Shown here: piece by piece, positions 18,155 through 26,110 of the stretch
Position numbering within the stretch: position 1 is the stretch's first letter
Layout: the number at the start of each line of letters is the position of its first letter
Assembly: GCA_043797725.1 (NCBI GenBank)
Contig: JAZDPM010000025.1
Coordinates: 1 to 26,748, forward strand
Length of the DNA stretch: 26,748 bases
Origin: Chloroflexota bacterium
Lineage (GTDB): Bacteria; Chloroflexota; Limnocylindria; Limnocylindrales; CSP1-4
Direction of reading: 5' to 3'
Translations under genes and position numbers: made by a program
The notes under the pieces: generated by a model
The model's database searches: none
What the model was told of the DNA's origin: nothing
The model's input: the letters and a program-made list of their open reading frames with translations, nothing else

Positions 18155-18199
18155 ACACCGGCTGGAACGCGAACAGCCCGAGCGACGGAGCCAGAAACC

Positions 18200-20386
18200 A
18201 TGTCACGGATCATCGCTACTGCCGCCATCCGGGGCGCGCATACGTTCGTCGAGCAGGCCGAGACGGGACTGGCCGAGGCGATGGAATCGAAGGGCGGCGC
18301 GACCCGCTTGGAGTTCCCGAACACCGCCTTCTACCTGCCCCTCATCCTGGCCACGACGGGCATCGAGGTGAAGACCCTCGAGGACGCCCAAGCGCCGCTG
18401 CGCATCGCCCGGCGCCTGCTCCCGCCGGTCCCCACCGACCGGCTGTGGCTCCCCTACCTTGGCGACGCCCTCGACGCCGGGGTCGCCGCCCTCATCGCCG
18501 AAGAGATCATCGAGGCGCTGCGCTACGCCAACGGCGGGCCGCCCAACGGGATCTACCTCGGGTTCACCGACGACGCCATCTTGCGGACCCAGGGCATCAA
18601 GCTCGTCGACGGGAGGATGCCCGGGTTCGCCGCCTGCGTGGGTGCCCTTCCGACCAACGAGGCCGCGGTCAAGCTCGCCCGGGAGCTCCAGGAGCGCAAC
18701 ATCCTCGTCTTCCTCTCCAGCCAGACCGACGGCCGGAGCATGGCCGAGCAGCTGGCCGAGGAAGGCGTGGAGATGAGCTGGGACACGTACCTCGTGCCCT
18801 ACGGCAAGGAGACGAGCTCCACCGTCTACGCCCTCAACTTCGCGGCCCGGGCCGCGATGACCTTCGGCGGCCTCGTCCCCGGCGACCTGGCCAAGGCGCG
18901 CAAGATCCTCATGTACAACAAGGAGCGGGTCTTCGCCTTCGTGCTCGCCCTCGGCGAGGTCGACGACCAGAAGTACGCGACCGCGGCCGGTGCCATCAAC
19001 TTCGGCTTCCCGGTCGTGGCCGACACGGACATCCCCGAGATCCTGCCCAGCGGCATCTGCACCTCCGAGCACGTCGTCGCCAACACGCCCCACGACCGGA
19101 TGGTGGCCCGGGCGGTCGAGGTGCGCGGCCTCAAGCTCAAGATCACCAAGATCCCGATCCCCGTCTCCTACAGCGCCGCCTTCGAGGGCGAGCGCGTTCG
19201 CAAGGAGCAGCTCCAGATAGAGTTCGGGCGGGGTGGCTTCCCGGCCCTCGAGTACCTCCGCAGCCGCGAGCTGAACGAGATCGAGGACGGGCACATCGAG
19301 CTGGTCGGACCGGACCTCGACACGGCCGAGGTGGGCGGATCGATGCCCCTGGGCATCCTCATCGAGGTCGCCGGGCGCAAGTTCCAGAAGGACTTCGAGC
19401 CGATCCTCGAGCGCCAGGTGCACCGCTTCATCAACGGGGCGATGGGCGTGATGCACATCGGTCAGCGCGACCAGCCCTGGATCCGGGTCAGCCAGGACGC
19501 CTTCAAGGCGGGCCTCCGGCTGCGCGACTTCGGGGTGATCCTGCACGCCAAGTACCTGGAGGAGTACCCCGCCCTCGTCGACAAGGTGGCAGTGACCCTG
19601 ATCTCGGACGCCGAGGCGCTCGGGCCGATCCTCAGCGAGGCCCGCGTGGTCTGGGACGAGCGCGACGCCCGGGTGGCCGGCATGACCGACGAGACGGTCG
19701 ACATCTACTACTCCTGCACGCTCTGCCAGTCGTACGCCCCGAACCACGTCTGCGTCATCTCGCCCGAGCGGCTCGGCCTGTGCGGCGCGTACAACTGGCT
19801 GGACGGCAAGGTCAGCCACGAGATCAACCCGGTCGGGCCGAACCAGCCGATCGAGAAGGGAGCCTGCCTCGACGCCTCGCTGGGCATGTACGACGGCATC
19901 AACCAGTTCGTCAGCAGCAAGTCCAACAAGACCGTCGACCAGGTCAGCCTCTACTCGATGCTCATGGCCCCGATGACCTCGTGCGGCTGCTTCGAGTGCA
20001 TCCTGGGGATCGTCCCCGAGGTCAACGGGGTGATCGTCGTCGACCGCGAGTACGCCGGCATGACGCCGCTGGGCATGTCGTTCAGCACCCTCGCCGGCAT
20101 GGTCGGGGGCGGCATCCAGACGCCGGGCTTCCTGGGCGTCGGCCGGCTCTACCTGACCAGCCGCAAGTTCATCCCGGCCGACGGCGGCCTGCAGCGCCTG
20201 GTGTGGATGCCGCAGTACCTCAAGGAGGCCCTCCGCGAGCGCCTGAAGGCCCGGGCCATCGAGATCGGGGACGAAGGGTTCGTGGACAAGATCGCCGACG
20301 AGACGGTGGCCACCACGATCGACGAGCTGACGGCCTACCTCGAGCGGGTGGGGCACCCGGCCCTGACCCTGCCGTCGCTGCTCTAG
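18200..20386 (+). CDS. acsB: Acetyl-CoA synthase (CO-methylating), bacterial type with N-terminal CODH-docking domain
   Basis: MSRIIATAAIRGA, EFPNTAFYLP, LGDALDAG, A-cluster YYSCTLCQSYAPNHVCVISPERLGLCG and PMTSCGCFEC, GMSFSTLAGMVGGGIQTPGF, RLVWMP; 728 aa. Confidence 0.98.
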   Translation: MSRIIATAAIRGAHTFVEQAETGLAEAMESKGGATRLEFPNTAFYLPLILATTGIEVKTLEDAQAPLRIARRLLPPVPTDRLWLPYLGDALDAGVAALIAEEIIEALRYANGGPPNGIYLGFTDDAILRTQGIKLVDGRMPGFAACVGALPTNEAAVKLARELQERNILVFLSSQTDGRSMAEQLAEEGVEMSWDTYLVPYGKETSSTVYALNFAARAAMTFGGLVPGDLAKARKILMYNKERVFAFVLALGEVDDQKYATAAGAINFGFPVVADTDIPEILPSGICTSEHVVANTPHDRMVARAVEVRGLKLKITKIPIPVSYSAAFEGERVRKEQLQIEFGRGGFPALEYLRSRELNEIEDGHIELVGPDLDTAEVGGSMPLGILIEVAGRKFQKDFEPILERQVHRFINGAMGVMHIGQRDQPWIRVSQDAFKAGLRLRDFGVILHAKYLEEYPALVDKVAVTLISDAEALGPILSEARVVWDERDARVAGMTDETVDIYYSCTLCQSYAPNHVCVISPERLGLCGAYNWLDGKVSHEINPVGPNQPIEKGACLDASLGMYDGINQFVSSKSNKTVDQVSLYSMLMAPMTSCGCFECILGIVPEVNGVIVVDREYAGMTPLGMSFSTLAGMVGGGIQTPGFLGVGRLYLTSRKFIPADGGLQRLVWMPQYLKEALRERLKARAIEIGDEGFVDKIADETVATTIDELTAYLERVGHPALTLPSLL

Positions 20387-20442
20387 CGGAACAGGCGCCG
20401 ATCCGGAGCGGACCGGCTGGAGAACACCGGAGGCGAGTGCAC

Positions 20443-21801
20443 ATGCCGTTGACCGCGCTGGACATCTACAAGGTGCTGCCGAAGACCAACTGTGGCGAGT
20501 GCGGAGTCCCGACCTGCCTGGCCTTCGCCATGCAGCTGGCCACCAAGAAGGCGGCCATCGACGCCTGTCCGTACGCGACGGACGACGCCAAGGCGACGCT
20601 CGCCGGGGCGGCCGCCCCACCGATCAGGCTCGTCAGCATCGGCCCCGAAGCCCAGTGCATCGTGATGGGCAACGAGACGGTCCTGTTCCGCCACGAGGAG
20701 ACCTTCCATCACCCGACCGCGATCGCGGTGCGGATCCGGACCGACCGCAGCCCGGAGGAGCTGAAGGCGGAGTTCGAGCGCGTCAAGGCCATGGTCTACG
20801 ACCGGGTCGGGCAGTTCGTCCGGGTGGAGATGGTCGCGCTCGAGGACGCCGATGGTGATCCCGGGCGCTTCGCCGCGGCGGCCGCCCTGGCCGACGAGAT
20901 GGGCCTCGCGCTCATGCTCATGAGCGATGTGCCGGCGGTGCTGGAGGCGGCCCTGGCCGGAATCTCCACCCATCGCCCGCTCCTCTACGCCGCCACGGCC
21001 GACACCTGGGAGGCGATGGCGGCGCTGGCCAAGGCCGGCGCCTGCCCGTTGGTCGTCCGGGGCACGGACCTGAAAGAGCTGGCCGACCTCACCCGGCGGA
21101 TTGCCGCGCTCGGCGTCACCGACCTGGTCCTCGACAGCGGAGCGCGGGGCCTCCAGGCCACCCTCGCGGACCTGACCCAGATCCGGCGCCTGGCGCTCCG
21201 TCGCCAGTTCCGGCCGCTGGGGTATCCGGCGCTGGCGTTCGTCACGGCCCAGGATCCCCTCGACCGGGTCACCGAGGGGACCGCCTACCTCTGCAAGTAC
21301 GCCGGCCTCGTGGTGACCGACGGGCTCGAGGACTGGCAGGCGCTGGCCATGGTCACGGCCCGCCAGAACATCTACACCGACCCGCAGAAGCCCATCCAGG
21401 TCGAGCCCGGCGTTCGCGCCGTCGGCAGCCCCGACGCCTCCTCCCCGGTCCTCGTCACGACCAACTTCTCGCTCACCTACTTCACGGTCGAGGCGGACGT
21501 CGAGGCCACCCACTCGCCGGCCTGGATCCTGATCGTGGACACCGAGGGACAGTCGGTCCTGACCGCCTGGGCGGCCGACAAGTTCACCGCCGAGACGATC
21601 GCCAAGGCGCTCGCCGAGTCGGACCTCGCCGAGCGGGTCGACCACCGGCGGGCGGTGATCCCCGGCGGCGTGGCCACGATCAGCGGCAAGCTCGAGGAGC
21701 TGAGCGGCTGGGAGATCCTGGTCGGGCCGCGCGAGTCGGCCGGCATGACCGCTTTCATGCGGACCCGCTGGCGCAAGCCCGAGGCCGCCGCGACGAGCTG
21801 A
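20443..21801 (+). CDS. acsC: Corrinoid iron-sulfur protein large subunit (CFeSP gamma)
   Basis: C-terminal 452 aa of the 1820-aa ORF-track entry; ATG 20443 after GGAGG. MPLTALDIYKVLPKTNCGECGVPTCLAFA...CPY ([4Fe-4S]), ETVLFRHEETF, RQNIYTDPQKP, VTTNFSLTYFTV, SVLTAWAADKF, VGPRES. Confidence 0.97.
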   Translation: MPLTALDIYKVLPKTNCGECGVPTCLAFAMQLATKKAAIDACPYATDDAKATLAGAAAPPIRLVSIGPEAQCIVMGNETVLFRHEETFHHPTAIAVRIRTDRSPEELKAEFERVKAMVYDRVGQFVRVEMVALEDADGDPGRFAAAAALADEMGLALMLMSDVPAVLEAALAGISTHRPLLYAATADTWEAMAALAKAGACPLVVRGTDLKELADLTRRIAALGVTDLVLDSGARGLQATLADLTQIRRLALRRQFRPLGYPALAFVTAQDPLDRVTEGTAYLCKYAGLVVTDGLEDWQALAMVTARQNIYTDPQKPIQVEPGVRAVGSPDASSPVLVTTNFSLTYFTVEADVEATHSPAWILIVDTEGQSVLTAWAADKFTAETIAKALAESDLAERVDHRRAVIPGGVATISGKLEELSGWEILVGPRESAGMTAFMRTRWRKPEAAATS

Positions 21802-21811
21802 AGGACGGCCG

Positions 21812-23728
21812 GTGACCGAATCCCGCATCACCTTCATCCCCGACGACCGCAGCGCAGTCGTCGGGGCCGGGGAGTCGCTGCTCGACGCGGCGATCGCCGC
21901 CGGCGTCCCGCTGGCCGGCGTCTGCGGCGGCCGGGCCATCTGCGAGCGCTGCTGGGTCGTGGTCACGGAAGGCGAGGTGGTCGCCCCACCGGCGGCCCGC
22001 GCCGCCGGTGGACGCGAGGTCCTCGCCTGCATGGCCCGGGCGGTCGGCGACGTGACGCTGCACGTGCCGGAGGCCTCGCGCATCGAGGGCGAGGAGATCC
22101 TCACCGGCCTCGAGCGCCCCGGCGAGCTGCCCGCTGCCGAGGACCGGGTCGCCCTCGGGCTGCCGCGGGCGGCAGAGCTGTTCGTCCCCAGCCCGCTCGC
22201 CTTCGCCGTTCCGCTCGAGCTTCCCCAGCCCACCCTCAACGACCCGGTCAGCGACCTCGGGCGCCTGGAGCGCGAGCTGCAGCGCCGGCGCAACGTCCGG
22301 AACCTCGCGGTCCCGCTGCACGTCCTGCGCGCGGCGCCCGGGGTGCTCCGGGGGGCCGGCTGGGCGGTGACCGCGGTGATCGCACGCTCGGCCGGAGGCT
22401 ACGAGCTGCTCGACCTCCGCCCGGGGACGGACGCCACCCGGACCTTCGGGCTGGCGGTGGACATCGGGACGACGACGGTCGTCGTCCACCTCGTGGACCT
22501 CGGGAGCGGAGCCACCCTGGGCGCGGCCGCGGCGCTCAACCGCCAGGTCGCCTACGGCGACGACGTGATCAGCCGGATCATCCGTGCCGCCGAGCCCGAC
22601 GGCCTGGAGCAGCTGCGGCAGGCGGTGGTCGGCGAGCTAAACGTCCTGGTCGGCAGGCTGGCCGAGACCCACGACGTGCGCGGCGACGAGATCGTCACGG
22701 CCGTGGTCGCCGGGAACACGACGATGGTCCACCTGTTCCTCGGCCTGCCGCCGGCCGAGATCCGGCGCGAGCCGTACGTCCCGGTGACCACCCTGCCGCC
22801 GGTCCAGCACGCCGATGAGCTGGGCCTGCGGATCCACCCGGGCGCGACGGTCACGGCGATGCCCGGCGTCGCCAGCTACGTCGGGGGCGACATCGTCGCC
22901 GACGTGCTCGCCGCCGGGATGGACACGACAACCGAGCTGTCGATGCTGATCGACGCCGGGACGAACGGCGAGACGGTCATCGGCAACCGGGACTTCCTGA
23001 TCTGCTGTGCCTGCTCGGCGGGTCCGGCCTTCGAGGGCGGCGGCATCTCGTCGGGAATGCGCGCCGCCCGGGGCGCGGTCCAGCGGGTCGAGGTGACCGA
23101 GGACGGGGGGCTGGCCTGCGCGACGATCGGCGGGACCCCGCCGCGGGGCATCTGCGGCTCCGGCCTCGTCGACCTGATGGCGGCCATGCTCCGGGCCGGG
23201 TGGATCGACCGGTCGGCCCGCCTCCGCGCCGACGCGCCGTTCGTCCGCACGGCCCCGGCCGGGCTCGAGATCGTGGTCGTGCCGGCGGCGGCGACGGCGA
23301 CCGGGCGGGACATCACCGTCACGAACGCGGACCTCGAGAATCTCCTGCGCTCCAAGGCGGCCGTCTACGCCGGTGCCGCGCTCCTCGCCCGGCGCCTGGG
23401 GGTCGAGATGGCCGACCTCCGGCGGGTCTTCGTGGCCGGCGGCTTCGGCACCTCTCTCGACATCGGCAACGCGATCCAGATCGGGCTCCTGCCCGACGTG
23501 CCGGTCGAGCGGGTTACCTTCATCGGCAACGGATCCGTGACCGGCGCCAAGATGGCCCTGCTCTCCTACGAGGCGCTGCGCCGGGCGGGCGACGTGGCCG
23601 CCCGGATGACCTACCGTGAGCTGAGCGTCGACGAGGCCTTCATGGATGAGTACGTCTCGGCCATGTTCCTCCCCCACACCGACTGCAGCCGGTTCCCGCG
23701 AGCCTGTGCCGCGCTCGGGGTCGCCTGA
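21812..23728 (+). CDS. acsV: ATP-dependent reductive activator of corrinoid proteins (RACo/AcsV; 2Fe-2S + ASKHA/DUF4445)
   Basis: N-terminal [2Fe-2S] CGGRAICERC...LAC; AVDIGTTTVV, YGDDVISRI, SYVGGDI, DAGTNGE, CSAGPAFEG, GICGSG, AGGFG, FIGNGS. Confidence 0.93.
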   Translation: MTESRITFIPDDRSAVVGAGESLLDAAIAAGVPLAGVCGGRAICERCWVVVTEGEVVAPPAARAAGGREVLACMARAVGDVTLHVPEASRIEGEEILTGLERPGELPAAEDRVALGLPRAAELFVPSPLAFAVPLELPQPTLNDPVSDLGRLERELQRRRNVRNLAVPLHVLRAAPGVLRGAGWAVTAVIARSAGGYELLDLRPGTDATRTFGLAVDIGTTTVVVHLVDLGSGATLGAAAALNRQVAYGDDVISRIIRAAEPDGLEQLRQAVVGELNVLVGRLAETHDVRGDEIVTAVVAGNTTMVHLFLGLPPAEIRREPYVPVTTLPPVQHADELGLRIHPGATVTAMPGVASYVGGDIVADVLAAGMDTTTELSMLIDAGTNGETVIGNRDFLICCACSAGPAFEGGGISSGMRAARGAVQRVEVTEDGGLACATIGGTPPRGICGSGLVDLMAAMLRAGWIDRSARLRADAPFVRTAPAGLEIVVVPAAATATGRDITVTNADLENLLRSKAAVYAGAALLARRLGVEMADLRRVFVAGGFGTSLDIGNAIQIGLLPDVPVERVTFIGNGSVTGAKMALLSYEALRRAGDVAARMTYRELSVDEAFMDEYVSAMFLPHTDCSRFPRACAALGVA

Positions 23729-23737
23729 GGCACCGCC

Positions 23738-24502
23738 ATGGCCGAAGTGATCGCGCTCGCCGGCAAGGGCGGCACCGGGAAGACGACCGTCGCGGGGCTG
23801 GTCGTCCGTTCGCTCCGCCGGGCGACCCGGACGCCGATCCTGGCGGTCGACGCGGACCCCAATTCCTGCCTTGACGCAGCCCTCGGGCTGCACCCGGCAC
23901 GGACGATCTCGGACGTCCTCCATGACAGCCACGGCCTGCGCGGCGTCCCCGAGACGATGCCCAAGTCGACCTACCTGGAGTACGAGCTCCAGGCATGCCT
24001 GGCCGAGGGCCGGGGCATTGACCTCATCGAGATGGGCCGCCCCGAGGGACCGGCCTGCTACTGCTCGGCTAACCATCTCCTGCGGAGCTACATGGACCGG
24101 CTGATGGGCGCGTACCGCACGGTCGTGGTCGACAACGAAGCCGGCATGGAGCACCTCAGCCGCCGGACCACCCGCGACGTGGATCTCCTCCTCATCGTCA
24201 GCGACGCCTCCCAGGTCGGGATCCGGTCGGCTCAGCGGATCAGGGCGCTCGTCGCCGAGCTCGCCCTCCCGGTGCGCCGGATGGCCCTCGTGGTCAACCG
24301 GGCCAGCGGGCTCCCGCCGGCGGTCGAGACGGCGATCGCGGCCGACGGGCTCGAGCTCGCCGGGCTCGTGCCCGACGACCCGTGGATCCCGGAGTTCGAG
24401 CTCGCCGGGCGCCCCCTGCTAGAGCTCCCCGATGACGCGCCCGCGGTCGGGGCGGTGGAGCGGATGCTGGCGGCGCTCGGCGCCGCGGGAGGGCAGGCGT
24501 GA
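23738..24502 (+). CDS. cooC2: Second CooC-family nickel-insertion ATPase (CooC2/AcsF, likely for ACS)
   Basis: IALAGKGGTGKTT, AVDADPNS, MGRPEGPACYC (CxC), DNEAGMEHLSRRTT. Position among the ACS/CFeSP genes matches AcsF/CooC2. Confidence 0.9.
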   Translation: MAEVIALAGKGGTGKTTVAGLVVRSLRRATRTPILAVDADPNSCLDAALGLHPARTISDVLHDSHGLRGVPETMPKSTYLEYELQACLAEGRGIDLIEMGRPEGPACYCSANHLLRSYMDRLMGAYRTVVVDNEAGMEHLSRRTTRDVDLLLIVSDASQVGIRSAQRIRALVAELALPVRRMALVVNRASGLPPAVETAIAADGLELAGLVPDDPWIPEFELAGRPLLELPDDAPAVGAVERMLAALGAAGGQA

Positions 24503-25125
24503 GCACGTACAAGGTGGCCTACGATGCGCTCCGCGCCCGGCTGGCCGGCCACGACCTCGCCGGCCTCGTCGAGCGCAGCGGGGCGCGCGCGCTCGGGCCG
24601 GACCGGATCGGGCTGCGCTGCCTCGGCCTGGAGTACGTCATCACGTATCCCGACGGCCTGGTTCTCGAGGCCGACGGTCAGCCGGCGCCCGAGCACGACG
24701 CGATCCTGCTTCTCCTCTACCTCACCGAGTCGACCGGGCGGGACCTTGACGGGCGATGGGTCGCCTTCGAGCAGCTCTCGGGCGGTGCCGGTTACTCCGC
24801 CTCCTTCCGGGGCCGAGTCATGGCGCCGCTCGTGCATGCCTTCGGGTCGCGCCCGAACGCGCTCCTGGAGGCGGCGGCAAGCCTCGACGGGGAGCCGCTC
24901 GAGCTCGGGGACGCGTCGGTTCGTCTCCCCGCGCTGCCCCGCGTGCCCCTCGCGTACGTGGTCTGGGGCGGGGACGAGGAGTTCCCGCCAAGCGCCAACG
25001 TCGTGTTCGACGCCTCGGTCGAGGGGTATCTCGACGCCGAGGCCGTCACCGTCCTGGCCGAGCTCGCCACCCGTCGGCTGGCCGGGGCAGCCAATCTTCC
25101 AAGGGGCAAAGGAGAGGTCACGTGA
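24499..25125 (+). CDS. DUF3786-family protein
   Basis: ILLLLYL, WVAFEQLSGGAGY...F..R, LPALPRVPLAYVVWGGDEEFPPSANVVFDAS, AVTVLAE: the pattern I recognise for DUF3786. GTGA overlaps at both ends. Confidence 0.75.
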   Translation: MSTYKVAYDALRARLAGHDLAGLVERSGARALGPDRIGLRCLGLEYVITYPDGLVLEADGQPAPEHDAILLLLYLTESTGRDLDGRWVAFEQLSGGAGYSASFRGRVMAPLVHAFGSRPNALLEAAASLDGEPLELGDASVRLPALPRVPLAYVVWGGDEEFPPSANVVFDASVEGYLDAEAVTVLAELATRRLAGAANLPRGKGEVT

Positions 25126-26108
25126 CGGTTGAGTTGATGCGCGAAACCTGGCCCGGGAAGATCCTGACGGTCACGATCGGGGCGACATCCGCCGAGGGCG
25201 GGACGCGGGGTTCGACGGTCACCGTCGGCGGCCACGGGGCGCTGCCGTTCATGACCGGCGACGCCCCGAGCCCGCATCGGCCCGTCGTCGCCCTCGAGGT
25301 GCTCGACATGGTGCCGGACGACTGGCCGGAGCACCTGCGGGCGCCGCTGGCCGACGTCCTGGATTCGCCCGCCGCCTGGGCCCGCAAGGGGGTCGAGGAG
25401 CTTGGCGCCGACCTCATCTGCCTGCGCCTCTTCTCGCCGCACCCGGACTGGCGGGGCACGACTCCGGACGAGGCCGCCCGGACGGTCCGGTCCGTGCTCG
25501 ACGCGGTCTCCGTGCCCCTGATGATCCTGGGCTGCGGTGATCCCGACGTCGACAACGACCTCTGGCCAAGGGTCACCCACGAGGCCCGGGGCGAGCGCTG
25601 CCTGATGGGCGTCGCCGTCCCCGGGAACTACAAGACTCTCGTGGTGGCCTGCCTGGCCGACGGGCACGCGCTCCTGGCCGAGGCCCCGATCGACGTCAAC
25701 ATCCAGAAGCAGCTCTCGATCCTGGTCAGCGACATGGGCCTGCCGCCCGACCGGATCGTGCTCCATCCGGGGACGGCCTCGCTGGGCTACGGCCTGGAAT
25801 ACGAGTACTCGATCATGGAGCGGATCCGCCTGGCCGGGCTCCAGGGCGACCGGATGCTCTCCCAGCCGGTGGCGGCCATCGTGGGCGAGGACAGCTGGAA
25901 GGCGAAGGAGGCGCGGCTTCCCGAGGCGGACATGCCGGCCTGGGGATCGGCGGCCCGCCGCGGCCCGGCCTGGGAAGCGGCCACGGCCGCGGCCTACCTG
26001 CAGGCGGGAACGGACATCGTCGTGCTGCTCCACCCGGAGGCGGTCGGGGCGGTCAAGCGTACGATCAGCGAGCTGACAGCGCGCCCGGCCGGCGCGGCGG
26101 AGGGATAG
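25122..26108 (+). CDS. acsD: Corrinoid iron-sulfur protein small subunit (CFeSP delta)
   Basis: GTG 25122 after GGAGAGG. ETWPGKILTVTIGAT..GGTR..TVTVGG..ALPF, PVVALEVLD, GADLICLRL, PIDVNIQKQL, LGYGLEYEYSIMERIRLAGLQGDRML, WKAKEA, GTDIVVLLHP. Confidence 0.96.
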   Translation: MTVELMRETWPGKILTVTIGATSAEGGTRGSTVTVGGHGALPFMTGDAPSPHRPVVALEVLDMVPDDWPEHLRAPLADVLDSPAAWARKGVEELGADLICLRLFSPHPDWRGTTPDEAARTVRSVLDAVSVPLMILGCGDPDVDNDLWPRVTHEARGERCLMGVAVPGNYKTLVVACLADGHALLAEAPIDVNIQKQLSILVSDMGLPPDRIVLHPGTASLGYGLEYEYSIMERIRLAGLQGDRMLSQPVAAIVGEDSWKAKEARLPEADMPAWGSAARRGPAWEAATAAAYLQAGTDIVVLLHPEAVGAVKRTISELTARPAGAAEG

Positions 26109-26110
26109 CC

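Noticed and set aside
16339-20442. 1820-aa ORF (16339-21801) suggesting a giant fusion ending in AcsC
   Set aside because: The first 1368 codons are an out-of-frame shadow of cooS and acsB, giving Arg/Pro/Gly-rich nonsense. High GC3 suppresses stops in alternative frames. AcsC has its own GGAGG and ATG at 20443.
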